64,000 nt of DNA from positions 224,001 to 288,000 of the forward strand of contig CAWCUS010000001.1 in assembly GCA_963798845.1 (NCBI GenBank), read 5' to 3'. The position numbers were made by a program, and so were the translations under genes. Origin of the DNA: an uncultured Gemmatimonadales bacterium. GTDB lineage: Bacteria > Gemmatimonadota > Gemmatimonadetes > Longimicrobiales > RSA9. Positions 7,890 through 17,972 of this stretch are shown one piece after another (positions within the stretch are counted from its first letter, which is position 1; every line of letters begins with the position of its first letter). Below the pieces are notes generated by a model. It had not been told where the DNA came from. It did no database searches and worked only from the letters and a program-made list of their open reading frames with translations.

Positions 7890-10025
7890 TCAGCCGAAGA
7901 TGCCGGCGAGCAGGTGGCGAGCGCCGTCCAGGAAGGACGTGACCGCCTGGTCCGAGACGAGGCCGTGGACGCGGGCGAACCACGGCGCGAGCACGAGGGA
8001 GACCACGCTCATGAGCTTGATCAGGATGTTGAGCGACGGGCCCGACGTGTCCTTGAACGGGTCACCGACGGTGTCACCGACCACGGCCGCCTTGTGCGGA
8101 TCGGAGCCCTTGCCGCCGAGCGCGCCCTTCTCAATGTACTTCTTCGCGTTGTCCCACGCCCCACCGGCGTTGGCCATGAACAGCGCCATGAGCACGCCGG
8201 TCACGGTGGCGCCGGCCAGCATCCCGCCGAGAGCGAGCACGCTGAAGTAGCCGACGACGACGGGGGCGATCACGGCCACCAGGCCCGGCAGGATCATCTC
8301 TCGCAGCGCGGCGCGCGTGGAGATGTCCACGCAGCGGGCGCTGTCGGGCTCCTGCGTGCCGTCCATGATGCCCGGCATCTCGCGGAACTGGCGCCGCACC
8401 TCTTCCACCATGCCGCCCGCCGCGCGGCCCACGGCCGTCATCGTGAGTGCGCTGATGAAGAAGGGCAGCGTGCCGCCGATGAGAAGGCCGATGGTGACCT
8501 GCGGATCCAGGATGTTCAGCCCGGTCCCGGCGCGCAGCCCGACGGCGGTGGTGTAGGCGCTGAAGAGCGCCAGGGCCGTGAGGGCGGCCGACCCAATGGC
8601 GAAGCCCTTGCCCATGGCCGCCGTCGTGTTGCCGATGGCGTCGAGGCCGTCGGTGATGGCCCGAACCTCCGGCCCGAGACCACCCATCTCCGAGATGCCG
8701 CCCGCGTTGTCGGCAATGGGGCCGTACGCGTCGACGGACATGGTGACGCCCGTGGTGGCGAGCATGCCGACCGCGGAAATGCCAATGCCGTAGAGGCCGG
8801 CGAAGTAGTAGGCCACGCCGATGGCCAGGGCGATGAGCAGCACGGGCACCACCGTGGACTCCATGCCGACGGCCAGCCCGTTGATGATGTTCGTGGCCGC
8901 GCCCGTCTTGCTCGCCTCGGCAATGCGGCGGACCGGGCCCGCGGCGGTGTAGTACTCGGTGACCAGCCCGATCGCCACGCCCACCACGGTGCCCGCGACG
9001 ATGGCCCAGAAGGGACCCGTGGCCGGGTACGCCTTGGCGGTGACCGGATCGAAGACCTCGAACCCGAGCGCCTGCACGACGAAGTACATGCTGACCAGGA
9101 AGAGCGCCGCCGCCACGAACATCACGTTGCGCAGGGCCGCGGCCGGGTTGACGCGCTCGAACGCCTTGAGCATCGCGATGCCGATCAGGGACGCGACGAG
9201 GCCGATCATGACCGTGAGCAGCGGCAGCGCCACCGCCTCGGCCCGGTTGGCCGCGTACAGCACGCTGGAAGCGCCGATCGCCATGGTGGCGATGATGCTG
9301 CCGACGTAGCTCTCGAAGATGTCGGCGCCCATGCCCGCCACGTCACCGACGTTGTCCCCCACGTTGTCGGCGATGGTGGCCGGGTTGCGGGGATCGTCTT
9401 CGGGAATGCCCGCCTCCAGCTTTCCGACCAGGTCCGCACCGACGTCGGCGGCCTTGGTGTAGATGCCGCCGCCCACGCGGGCGAACAGGGCAATCGAGCT
9501 GGCGCCCATGGCGTAGCCGCTGATGATCTCGGCAAAGGAGCGGAAGTCGAAGTCGGTGATGGCACCGGAGGCCTTCCACCAGTACCAGATCCCGATGCCG
9601 ACGAGGCCGAGCGCGGCCACGGAGAGGCCCATGACCGAGCCGCCGAAGAATGCGATCCGGAGCGCCTTGCCCTGCCCCGACTCGTTGGCCGCCGCGGACG
9701 TGCGGACGTTGGCCCGCGTCGCCGCGTTCATGCCGAAGAAGCCGGCGAGCACCGAGCTCAGCGCGCCCGTGAAGTACGCCGCGGCGGTGTACACGCCGAT
9801 AGCCCACCAGAGGAGCGCAGCGACCACGACCACGAAGAGCGCCAGGAACGTATACTCCCGGCGCAGGAACGCCATCGCCCCTTCATGGATCCGATCGGCC
9901 AACGTCTGCATGAGTTCGGATCCCGCCGACTGAGCCTTCACGTAATAGAACAGCCCGAGCGCCACTAACAGGCCCACGAGTCCAAGAAGCGGCGCCCACT
10001 GGGTCCATGTCACCAGTTCCGTCAC
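7890..10025 (-). CDS. hppA: Membrane-integral K+-dependent (probably Na+-translocating) pyrophosphatase
   Basis: [47 protein letters not shown]. Confidence 0.96.
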   Translation of the reverse strand: MTELVTWTQWAPLLGLVGLLVALGLFYYVKAQSAGSELMQTLADRIHEGAMAFLRREYTFLALFVVVVAALLWWAIGVYTAAAYFTGALSSVLAGFFGMNAATRANVRTSAAANESGQGKALRIAFFGGSVMGLSVAALGLVGIGIWYWWKASGAITDFDFRSFAEIISGYAMGASSIALFARVGGGIYTKAADVGADLVGKLEAGIPEDDPRNPATIADNVGDNVGDVAGMGADIFESYVGSIIATMAIGASSVLYAANRAEAVALPLLTVMIGLVASLIGIAMLKAFERVNPAAALRNVMFVAAALFLVSMYFVVQALGFEVFDPVTAKAYPATGPFWAIVAGTVVGVAIGLVTEYYTAAGPVRRIAEASKTGAATNIINGLAVGMESTVVPVLLIALAIGVAYYFAGLYGIGISAVGMLATTGVTMSVDAYGPIADNAGGISEMGGLGPEVRAITDGLDAIGNTTAAMGKGFAIGSAALTALALFSAYTTAVGLRAGTGLNILDPQVTIGLLIGGTLPFFISALTMTAVGRAAGGMVEEVRRQFREMPGIMDGTQEPDSARCVDISTRAALREMILPGLVAVIAPVVVGYFSVLALGGMLAGATVTGVLMALFMANAGGAWDNAKKYIEKGALGGKGSDPHKAAVVGDTVGDPFKDTSGPSLNILIKLMSVVSLVLAPWFARVHGLVSDQAVTSFLDGARHLLAGIFG

Positions 10026-10041
10026 CTGCCCCTCCGTTCTC

Positions 10042-10605
10042 TTATCGGTTGCAGCGGCTCATCGCCGCTTCTATTTCCCCGCCCACCCACAACCCCACCG
10101 CCGTCACCAGCTCGGGCATGAGAGCCAGGACCGCGTCCTCATCCGGCGGATCGAACTCCGACAGAACCCAATCTGCCAGGTCCGCTCCCGGTGGGGGCGA
10201 CCCTACGCCCACCCGCAGCCGCGCGTACTCCTGCGTGCCGAGCGCGGCTTCCACCGACTTCAGGCCGTTGTGCCCGCCCGTGCTGCCTGCCGGACGCAGG
10301 CGTACACGCCCGGTGTCGAGCGCCACGTCGTCAACGACCACCAACAGGTCCTCAGCAATGTCGAATTCCGGATCGGACCGGAGGGGCGCCAGGGCGGCGC
10401 CACTCCGATTCATGAACGTGAGCGGCTTGACCAGCAAGACGCTCCGGCCATCCACCTCTCCGCCGGCCAGGAGCGCGGGGCCGCTCCGCTCGAACGGACC
10501 GAGCCCGTACGCCTGGCTCAATCGATCGACCACCCACCACCCGACGTTGTGCCGGGTGGCTTCGTACTCCGGGCCCGGGTTCCCGAGCCCGCAGATCACT
10601 TTCAC
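10042..10605 (-). CDS. pth: Peptidyl-tRNA hydrolase
   Basis: [30 protein letters not shown]. Confidence 0.97.
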   Translation of the reverse strand: MKVICGLGNPGPEYEATRHNVGWWVVDRLSQAYGLGPFERSGPALLAGGEVDGRSVLLVKPLTFMNRSGAALAPLRSDPEFDIAEDLLVVVDDVALDTGRVRLRPAGSTGGHNGLKSVEAALGTQEYARLRVGVGSPPPGADLADWVLSEFDPPDEDAVLALMPELVTAVGLWVGGEIEAAMSRCNR

Positions 10606-10626
10606 GGCGGGGCTCCGGCGGAGGCC

Positions 10627-11304
10627 CTACTCCTCGGCGTCGGACCCCTCGCCCTCGGCCTCTTCCGACTCCTCGCCCACGAGCTCCGGCGCACCGGCCA
10701 CGAGCTCCTCCTCCTCGGCCTCCTCGGCCACCTCGAGAACGGTCGGCGCAGCCACGGTGCACACGGTGCGGTCCAGATCGATCAGGAGATCAATGCCCTC
10801 GGGGAGGTCGAGCTCGCCCACATGGATCGAGTCCCCGATCCCGAGTGTGGAGACGTCGGCCTCGAGCGCGTCGGGGATGTTCTCCACGGCACACACGAGC
10901 TCGACCTCGTGGAGCACGTGCTGGAGCACGCCACCGGCCCGAACGCCGGCGGCGGTGCCGGTCAGCCTGATGGGGACCTCGACCGTGACCCGCTCGCCCG
11001 CGTGGATCTGCTGGAAGTCGACGTGCAGGACTTCCGGCTTGTAGGGGTGAGTCTGGACTTCGCTCACCAGCGCGCGGACGTTGCCGCCCGCCTGCCCCTC
11101 GATCGTCAGATCGATCAGCGTGGTGTCCAGCGAATGCTGCTTCAGCAGCATCTCGAACTCGTGGGCGTCGAGCGAGAGCGCGTGCGTTTCCTCGCCTCGC
11201 CCGTAGACCACTGCGGGAATCCGGCCTGCACGGCGCATGCGACGGGCCGCGTTCTTCCCGGTCTCCGTCCGAAGCGTCGCCTTCAGTGTTGCATTCTCCG
11301 ACAT
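10627..11304 (-). CDS. rplY: 50S ribosomal protein L25/Ctc
   Basis: GKNAARRMRRAGRIPAVVYG, HVDFQ, acidic tail. Confidence 0.96.
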   Translation of the reverse strand: MSENATLKATLRTETGKNAARRMRRAGRIPAVVYGRGEETHALSLDAHEFEMLLKQHSLDTTLIDLTIEGQAGGNVRALVSEVQTHPYKPEVLHVDFQQIHAGERVTVEVPIRLTGTAAGVRAGGVLQHVLHEVELVCAVENIPDALEADVSTLGIGDSIHVGELDLPEGIDLLIDLDRTVCTVAAPTVLEVAEEAEEEELVAGAPELVGEESEEAEGEGSDAEE

Positions 11305-11318
11305 GCTTTCCTTCTCTC

Positions 11319-12269
11319 CTAGTCGAACAGCTGGCTCACCGACTCGTTCGAGTGGGTGTACCGGATCGCCCGCGCCAGCAACTGTGCCACCGAGAGCACC
11401 CTGAGTTTGTCGAACCGCCGTGTCTCGGGGACATGCAGCGTGTTCGTGACCACCACTTCCGTGACCGGCGCCTCCGACAACCGCCTGACCGCGGGCCCCG
11501 ACAGCAGCGGATGCGTGGCGGCCACGTAGATCTCCGTGGCCCCACGCTCCTGAAGCGCCTCGATCACGCTCGTCATCGTGCCCGCCGTGTCGATCATGTC
11601 GTCGACCACGATGCACCGCCGGCCCTCCACCTCACCGACGATGTTCAGCACCTCGGCCACGTTGTGGGCGGGGCGCCGCTTGTCGATGATGGCGAAGGAG
11701 GCGTCGATGCGCCGGGCGAAACCCCGCGCCATCTTCGCGGCGCCCACGTCGGGTGCCACCACCACCACATCGCTCAGCTCCATCTGCCGGAAGTATCCGG
11801 TCAGCACGGGTGCGGCGTACAGGTGATCCACCGGCACGTCGAAGAAGCCCTGGAGCTGGTGCGTGTGGAAGTCGATCCCCAGCACCCGCTCGCACCCGGC
11901 CGCCACCATCAGGTTGGCCAGGAGCTTCGCCCCGATCGCCACACGCGGCTGGTCCTTCCGGTCCTGGCGCGAATAGCCATAGTACGGCATCACCGCCGTG
12001 ACCCTCGCCGCCGACGCTCGCTTCGCCGCGTCCACCAGGAGCAGCAGCTCCATGATGCTGTCCGCGGGCGGCGGCGTCGGCTGGACGATGAAGACATCGC
12101 GGCCCCGCGCGTTCTGGTTCAGCCGGACGAAGATCTCACCGTCCGCGAACCGTGACACCGTCGCGTCCGCGAGCTGCTGCCCGAGCGCATCCGCGACCTC
12201 CTCCGCCAGCGGCCGGTTGGCCGTGCCGGAGAGCAGCATCATGGGACCGTGCGCGCTGTCTTCGGGCAT
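11319..12269 (-). CDS. prs: Ribose-phosphate pyrophosphokinase
   Basis: FADGE, PYYGYSRQDRK, VAPDVG, VVDDMIDTAGT. Confidence 0.97.
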   Translation of the reverse strand: MPEDSAHGPMMLLSGTANRPLAEEVADALGQQLADATVSRFADGEIFVRLNQNARGRDVFIVQPTPPPADSIMELLLLVDAAKRASAARVTAVMPYYGYSRQDRKDQPRVAIGAKLLANLMVAAGCERVLGIDFHTHQLQGFFDVPVDHLYAAPVLTGYFRQMELSDVVVVAPDVGAAKMARGFARRIDASFAIIDKRRPAHNVAEVLNIVGEVEGRRCIVVDDMIDTAGTMTSVIEALQERGATEIYVAATHPLLSGPAVRRLSEAPVTEVVVTNTLHVPETRRFDKLRVLSVAQLLARAIRYTHSNESVSQLFD

Positions 12270-12335
12270 CCGCGTGTAGCCTCATCACCGCCAAGTTTCA
12301 ACAGCCTCGGAAGCTATCCGGGTCGTCTGGTCCGG

Positions 12336-12992
12336 TCAACCACCCGACGGCTCGCCGGGCGGAGACTCCGGGGACTTCGTGGGCGTGCGCTCGTCGCGGA
12401 AGTAGTCCTCGGCGAGGCGCGCCATCGTACGCTGGAACACGGCCTGGGCACGGCCACCCGAAAGGCGCATCCGCTCAATGTAGTCCTCCACGGCCTCGTC
12501 CAGCGCCGCGTGATCGCGCAGCACCGCCGCGAACACCGCGGCATTGTCGATATGGGCCCGGATCACGCCCTCCTCGGCTCTCGCCATTGCGAGGCTGACC
12601 CGCTCGTCCATCTCTGCGCCGACCCTGACCTTCCGCGCCAGGCCCTTCATCAGCACGTCGGGACGGAAACGCTTCAGTCCGTCCATTTCACCCGCTTCCT
12701 CGTAGGCCACGGGGAGGGTTGGCCGGTCCTCACCGGCGCCCGATTCGCGGACCGCGATGAGCACGCGTGAACGAACGGACGCGGCCATGGCGTCGTCCAC
12801 GTCCATTTCCGCGAGATAGCGCTCCACTGCCTCATCGAACGGCAGCGACGCGGCCATGAGGGCGATGAAGCGGAGCGCGTGAGCCGTGTGGGCCTCCACG
12901 AGCGCCTCCCACGCCGTGGCGGCGGCCACGTCGATCTGACGGCGCACCGACTCCGGCAGGCGCCGGAATCTCAGCGGTCCAACGGGTGCCAT
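12336..12992 (-). CDS. Hypothetical helical protein with an internal duplication
   Basis: SD AGAGGAG; two ~60-aa repeats sharing AH..A..F..DEAVE.Y...M. Confidence 0.8.
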   Translation of the reverse strand: MAPVGPLRFRRLPESVRRQIDVAAATAWEALVEAHTAHALRFIALMAASLPFDEAVERYLAEMDVDDAMAASVRSRVLIAVRESGAGEDRPTLPVAYEEAGEMDGLKRFRPDVLMKGLARKVRVGAEMDERVSLAMARAEEGVIRAHIDNAAVFAAVLRDHAALDEAVEDYIERMRLSGGRAQAVFQRTMARLAEDYFRDERTPTKSPESPPGEPSGG

Positions 12993-13517
12993 GGGGCTTC
13001 TCCTCTACGCTCCAAAATGCCCCCGGGCGGCGAACGCGGACGGCGTCCGGGGGAATCCACACCTGCCTTCCGGGGCGAACATCGGGGCTGCCTCCACGCA
13101 CGCGGCGCAGCCCGTCCCGGGCCCCCGCCCGGCGTCCCCGTACCATCTCCGTCGCGCCTTCCGGCACTCCGGCCCGCTGATGATGACGCGCTTCGACGGC
13201 CCCAGCAAGCGGTGCCCGCCAGTCGGTCACGGCGTGAGGTGGATCACCCACTCGCGGGTCCCGGCGGCGGCGCCCCTTCGTTCACCTCCTGGACGGCTCC
13301 CGCCTCCCCTCACGATCCGGCTCGCGCCGTGATCGGACCGGCCGGTGCCGCAATCCGACCGTCTCCTCGAGCCGGCTTGGCGAATCTGGCGCGACGGCTC
13401 GACATTCCGTACAGCATGAGGCGCAGCCGGGACACCGCCGCTGTCCAGACCCGACATCCGGAGGCCGCATTGGTCGACGCAGAAGCCACTCAGCCGTCTC
13501 CAGCCGTCAGCTCGCAC

Positions 13518-14291
13518 ATGATCGGCGTGGTCGTCGTCGAGGATGAAGGACTGGCGCGCCGCACCATGGTCGACCTCCTCCACGAGGATCCCGAGCTCGA
13601 GGTGCTCGCGGAGACGTGGGGGAGCGACGCCCCGGACGTGATCCGTCGCACCCGGCCCGACCTCATCCTGCTGGACGTGCAGATGCCGGGCATGGACGGA
13701 TTCGAGGTGCTGGCCACTCTCGGACTGGATCTGCCCGTGACCATCCTGGTGACGGCCTACGACTCGTATGCGGTGCGCGCATTCGAGGTCCGTGCGATCG
13801 ACTACGTGTTGAAGCCGTTCACGGACGAACGCCTGCGCGAGTCGGTGGAACGGGCCAAGGAGGTGGTCCGCCGGGGGCTGCGCGACGACGAGGCCAGGAA
13901 GATCCTCAAGCTGGTCAAGAGCCGAACCGGGCGGGGGCTGCCGCCGCTGCCGGTTCAGACGTCCAGGGACCGTGTCATCATCATGGACGGGGCCCGGAAG
14001 CTGATCCTCGACCCACACGCCATCAGCTGGATCGAGGCGGAGGGCCCCTACGCTCGCCTCCATCGACGATCGGATTCGCTGCTGGTGCGCGCATCGCTCA
14101 CGTCGCTGACGGAGCAGCTGGGTCCGCTCGGGTTCTTCCGCATCCACCGCTCCGCGGTGGTGAACATGGGCTGGGTCGAGGAGGTGCGGCCGCTGACCCA
14201 CGGCGACCACCTGGTGGTGTTGACCGAAGGGACGGAGCTGAAGCTGAGTCGCTCGCGACGCGACGCCTTCGAGGAGCGGCTGCTGCCATGA
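13518..14291 (+). CDS. LytTR-family response regulator
   Basis: VVEDE, LLDVQMPGMDGFEV, TAYD, DYVLKP, FFRIHRSAVVN, LSRS; alternative start at 13416. Confidence 0.93.
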   Translation: MIGVVVVEDEGLARRTMVDLLHEDPELEVLAETWGSDAPDVIRRTRPDLILLDVQMPGMDGFEVLATLGLDLPVTILVTAYDSYAVRAFEVRAIDYVLKPFTDERLRESVERAKEVVRRGLRDDEARKILKLVKSRTGRGLPPLPVQTSRDRVIIMDGARKLILDPHAISWIEAEGPYARLHRRSDSLLVRASLTSLTEQLGPLGFFRIHRSAVVNMGWVEEVRPLTHGDHLVVLTEGTELKLSRSRRDAFEERLLP

Positions 14292-15430
14292 GTGCTGGCC
14301 GTGACGGCGACATCCGCCGGGCGACGCTCGACCCGGAGCGCAAGCCCACCCGGTTCGAGGACGCTCTCGGCTTCTGGTTCGTCACGCGCACCCGCAGAGT
14401 GGTCGGCGTGATCGCCGTCTTCCTCGCCATCGCCCTGGTGGCCGCGTCCCAGGTCTACCTGAACTGGCGACAGGCGAACGTCGACGTCCAGTTCCTCCCG
14501 CTGCTCGCGCTCAAGATCGGGGAATGGATGCTGTGGGCGTCCCTCGTCCCCCTCGTCTTCGCCGTGGACCGCCGCTGGGGCTTCGCGGCTGGCCACCCGC
14601 TCGTGGGTACGGCGGTTCACCTGCTCCTGGCCGTCTCCTGGTTCGCCATCCTCAACGGCCTGATGACGGCGGCGGCCCCGCTCGTCGATCCCCTGGCGCG
14701 GCGGGAAGACTTCTGGACCCATTACCTGATCCGCGCAAGCCAGCGATGGCCGAACCAGCTCGTCATCTACTCGCTCATCCTGGCCGTACCCTCGGCGCTC
14801 GGGAGCGTGCTGCAGCGCGAGCGGCTCGAACGGGAGCTGGCAGAGGCCCGGCTCCAGAACCTGCGACTCCAGCTCCAGCCCCACTTCCTCTTCAACACGC
14901 TCCACACCATCGGCGCGCTGGTCCGGTCCGGAGAGCGCGGCACGGCAGTCCACACGATCTCGGCGCTGGCGGACCTGCTCAGAAGAGCGCTTTCCCACGT
15001 CGAGTCCGAGAAGGTCACGGTCGGCGAGGAGATGGAGTTCCTTGACCGGTACTCGACCATCCAGGGCATCCGTTTCGGGAGCCGACTGACGATCCGGACG
15101 TGCGTCGCCGAGGACTGCCGTGGCGCGCTGATCCCGAGCATGATCCTCCAGCCGCTGGTCGAGAACGCGATCCGCCACGGCATCGAGCCGGTGACGTCGA
15201 GGGGTACGATCCGGATCGACATCGAGCGGCGGACCGGCTCGCTGGCCGTGAGCGTGACCGACAACGGGGCCGGGTTCCGCCAGGAGGTCGACGAGACGGG
15301 CTGGGAGGGGATCGGCCTGTCCACTACGAAGCGACGCCTGCGAGCGCTCTACGGCGGCCGTCACCGTCTCAGCATCTCCTCGGACGGGGCGGGTTGCGTC
15401 GTGGCCTTCTCGATCCCGTTCGAGACGTGA
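14288..15430 (+). CDS. LytS/YehU-type membrane sensor histidine kinase
   Basis: N-terminal TMs, QLQPHFLFNTL, LQPLVENAIRHG, DNGAG, GIGL; ATGA overlap with the regulator. Confidence 0.93.
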   Translation: MSAGRDGDIRRATLDPERKPTRFEDALGFWFVTRTRRVVGVIAVFLAIALVAASQVYLNWRQANVDVQFLPLLALKIGEWMLWASLVPLVFAVDRRWGFAAGHPLVGTAVHLLLAVSWFAILNGLMTAAAPLVDPLARREDFWTHYLIRASQRWPNQLVIYSLILAVPSALGSVLQRERLERELAEARLQNLRLQLQPHFLFNTLHTIGALVRSGERGTAVHTISALADLLRRALSHVESEKVTVGEEMEFLDRYSTIQGIRFGSRLTIRTCVAEDCRGALIPSMILQPLVENAIRHGIEPVTSRGTIRIDIERRTGSLAVSVTDNGAGFRQEVDETGWEGIGLSTTKRRLRALYGGRHRLSISSDGAGCVVAFSIPFET

Positions 15431-15481
15431 GCGGAAGGGACGAATTGTCCGCAGGGGCGACGCTGCGGGCGAGGAAGTGCT

Positions 15482-16336
15482 TCATCCCCCGGCGTCAGGC
15501 CGCAGCAGGACCGCGCCCCCGCCCGAGCGCTTCACCTCGTACATCAGCGCGTCGGCGAGCTGGAACGCCACGGCCGGGGAGTCCGGGGGGCGAGAGAACG
15601 CGACCATGCCCGCGCTGAACGTGATCCGCCATCCCTCTCGGCGCATGCTCTCGTCGAGCCGACGCATGAGCCTGTCCACCACGATGCGCGCCTGATCGAT
15701 GTCGGTGTCCGGTAGCACGATGACGAACTCGTCGCCCCCGATGCGAGCGACCAGGTCGGAGCGCCGGCGCCCCAGGTTCAGCGTCTCTCCCACCCGGCGC
15801 AGCACCCGATCTCCCTCTTCGTGGCCCAGCGCATCGTTGACCGCCTTGAACCCATCGAGGTCCAGGTATCCGACGCAGGCAGGTCGCTCGAGTCGGCGAC
15901 AGAGGTTCAGCGTCACCTGCGTCGCCTCCAGGAGCGCCCGGCGGTTCAGGAGCCCGGTCACGGGATCCGTCCGCGCGAACAGCCGCTCGCGCTCGAATCG
16001 CTCCCGCAGCAATGCCACGAGCACGGCGATGGTGATGAAGTAGGTCAGACGCACGAGCGCGTTCCAGAACGCGGTCGCCGTCGTGTCGTACACGGCGCCG
16101 GACGTCGCGTCCACGAGCAGCCACACCGCTGCCGCCAGGCCGCTGAAGATGAGGCCCGTCATCCGGCTGCCGTACCACGCCATCACCGCGATCGGCGCGA
16201 CGTAGAACACCGAGAACGAGAGCTGGTACCCTGTGACGTGGTCGAGCACGCCGACGACGGCAAGCAGCGTCGAGGCGAGTGCGGCCAGCGCAGGGAGCGA
16301 GAACGGACGCAGCAAGGCGTCCAGGCGCTGCAGCAT
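15482..16336 (-). CDS. Membrane-bound diguanylate cyclase
   Basis: TM sensor (DUF4118-like), TDPVTGLLNRR, FKAVNDALGH, RRSD I-site followed by GGDEF. Confidence 0.92.
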   Translation of the reverse strand: MLQRLDALLRPFSLPALAALASTLLAVVGVLDHVTGYQLSFSVFYVAPIAVMAWYGSRMTGLIFSGLAAAVWLLVDATSGAVYDTTATAFWNALVRLTYFITIAVLVALLRERFERERLFARTDPVTGLLNRRALLEATQVTLNLCRRLERPACVGYLDLDGFKAVNDALGHEEGDRVLRRVGETLNLGRRRSDLVARIGGDEFVIVLPDTDIDQARIVVDRLMRRLDESMRREGWRITFSAGMVAFSRPPDSPAVAFQLADALMYEVKRSGGGAVLLRPDAGG

Positions 16337-16488
16337 GCGGATCCACGGAGGAGGGATGGTCCGGGCGCCGGAGCCCGGACGGGGACTCCGGCCAATCTTG
16401 CCCAGCCACGCCATCCTCAACGTGGCGTGGGCTTTCTCGCGCGCGACCGCCGCGGGCGACTTCGGTCGCTTCCGCGATCCCGAATCAG

Positions 16489-16559
16489 CTCCCCGGGGTG
16501 GATTCGAACCACCATTGGAGGATCCAAAGTCCTCCGTCCTGCCATTAGACGACCGGGGA
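16489..16559 (-). tRNA. tRNA-Gln (UUG), CCA not encoded
   Basis: TCCCCGGTCGTCTAATGGCAGGACGGAGGACTTTGGATCCTCCAATGGTGGTTCGAATCCACCCCGGGGAG: complete cloverleaf, anticodon TTG. Confidence 0.97.
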
Positions 16560-16725
16560 TCGCGTTCCGCGCGCTGTGCGCGGCTCACCGAAGCAAGATG
16601 GGCAACGTCGGCGCCGCGATCAATCCGAGGCGTTGCGGGACGCGGCCTGCTGGACCACCCGCCTCGACCCGAGGGCCCGGGCGCACCCCTCCACGACGCG
16701 CGCGCTCTCCCGCCCCTCGAAGACC

Positions 16726-16772
16726 ATGGTAAACCTTTTCCATACAAGTATTTAGCGCGGCACGAGGCGTGC
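16726..16772 (+). promoter_or_regulatory. AT-rich palindrome, IHF-like site and sigma54-like promoter upstream of the GT4 gene
   Basis: ATGGTAAAC/CTTTTCCAT (16726-16743), ATACAAGTATTTA (16742-16754), CGGCAC-N5-GTGC (16758-16772). Confidence 0.5.
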
Positions 16773-16874
16773 GCTTGGTGCAGGATGCGAGGTCGGCCGT
16801 TCGGTCGATCGGCGCCGGCGTTTTCCCATGTATCACGGGCGTGCAGCCCCACCCACGCAAGGAAGAAGCGGCAA

Positions 16875-17972
16875 ATGAAGATCGCGATGGTCTCCACACC
16901 CTTCGTCGCGGTTCCGCCGAGGGACTACGGCGGTACCGAGCTGGTCGTGAGCGAGCTGACGGAAGGGCTGGCGGCGCTCGGGCACGACGTGGCGCTGTTC
17001 GCAACCGGTGATTCCAGCACGCGGAGCGATCTGCGGTGCTTCTATCCACGGGCGGCGTGGCCGCCGAACGTGATGGACGATCTGAACCACGTATCGTGGG
17101 CGATGCAGGAAGTCATTCACGACGGTTTCGATGTGGTGCACGTGCACTCGGCGGGGGCGCTCGCGTTCGGCCGGCTGATCCCGGGAATTCCGCTGGTCTA
17201 CACGCTCCATCACGTGCGGGACGAGACGCTGTCGAACTTCTACCGGTACTTCCCGGATGTGACGTACGTGGCGATCTCGGAGGACCAGCGGCGTCGGGAG
17301 GTGCAGCTCCCCCGGATGGAAGTCATCCATCACGCGCTGGATCCGGGCGCGTACGAGTGGACGACCAAACCGGAGGACTACGTCCTGTTCATCGGGCGTT
17401 TCGCCGAGATCAAGGGCCTGCACACTGCGGTGGACGCGGCCGCGCGGGCGGGTGTCCGGATCCGCGTCGCCGGCGACACCCATCCCGTGGACCGGGAATA
17501 TGGGGAACGTGAGGTGACGCCGAGGCTTCGGCAGCCTCACGTCGAGTATTTCGGGACCGTCGGAATGGACCGCAAAGTGCCGCTGCTCCGGGATGCGCGC
17601 GCGCTGCTGGTGCCGATCGAGTGGGACGAGCCGTTCGGGCTGGTCATGATCGAAGCGATGTTGTCCGGCTGCCCGGTGGTCGCGTTTCCTCGCGGCAGCG
17701 TGCCGGAGCTGGTGGAGGAGGGCAGGACCGGTTTCGTGGTCCGAGACATGGAGGACATGGTGCGGACGATCCGCCCCGGGGGCCCGTTGGATGGGTTCGA
17801 CCGCCGGCGCTGCCGCGAGCGGGCGGAGGCGCGCTTCGGTCGTCGGCGCATGGTTGAAGAGTATGCAGCGCTGTACGAGCGGCTCCGGGGGTGCGGCGGC
17901 CAGATTCTGCCGAGGCGGCCGGCACGGCCGGAGCTGGAAATCGCGCGAACCACGACGGGGAGGCCGGCATGA
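16875..17972 (+). CDS. Glycosyltransferase family 4
   Basis: VPPRDYGGTE, EPFGLVMIEAM.SGCPV. Confidence 0.93.
   Translation: MKIAMVSTPFVAVPPRDYGGTELVVSELTEGLAALGHDVALFATGDSSTRSDLRCFYPRAAWPPNVMDDLNHVSWAMQEVIHDGFDVVHVHSAGALAFGRLIPGIPLVYTLHHVRDETLSNFYRYFPDVTYVAISEDQRRREVQLPRMEVIHHALDPGAYEWTTKPEDYVLFIGRFAEIKGLHTAVDAAARAGVRIRVAGDTHPVDREYGEREVTPRLRQPHVEYFGTVGMDRKVPLLRDARALLVPIEWDEPFGLVMIEAMLSGCPVVAFPRGSVPELVEEGRTGFVVRDMEDMVRTIRPGGPLDGFDRRRCRERAEARFGRRRMVEEYAALYERLRGCGGQILPRRPARPELEIARTTTGRPA

Noticed and set aside
12993..13400. Riboswitch or attenuator in the long intergenic region (hairpin 13020-13053 followed by CATTTT on the minus strand)
   Set aside because: No recognisable aptamer; GC hairpins are common here and CATTTT may simply be a -10 element. 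An Rfam search would be needed.
16489..16559. Integrative element or prophage at tRNA-Gln
   Set aside because: No integrase, phage genes or duplicated tRNA 3' end found by eye. The GAATCCAC near 13053 is short and on the wrong strand.
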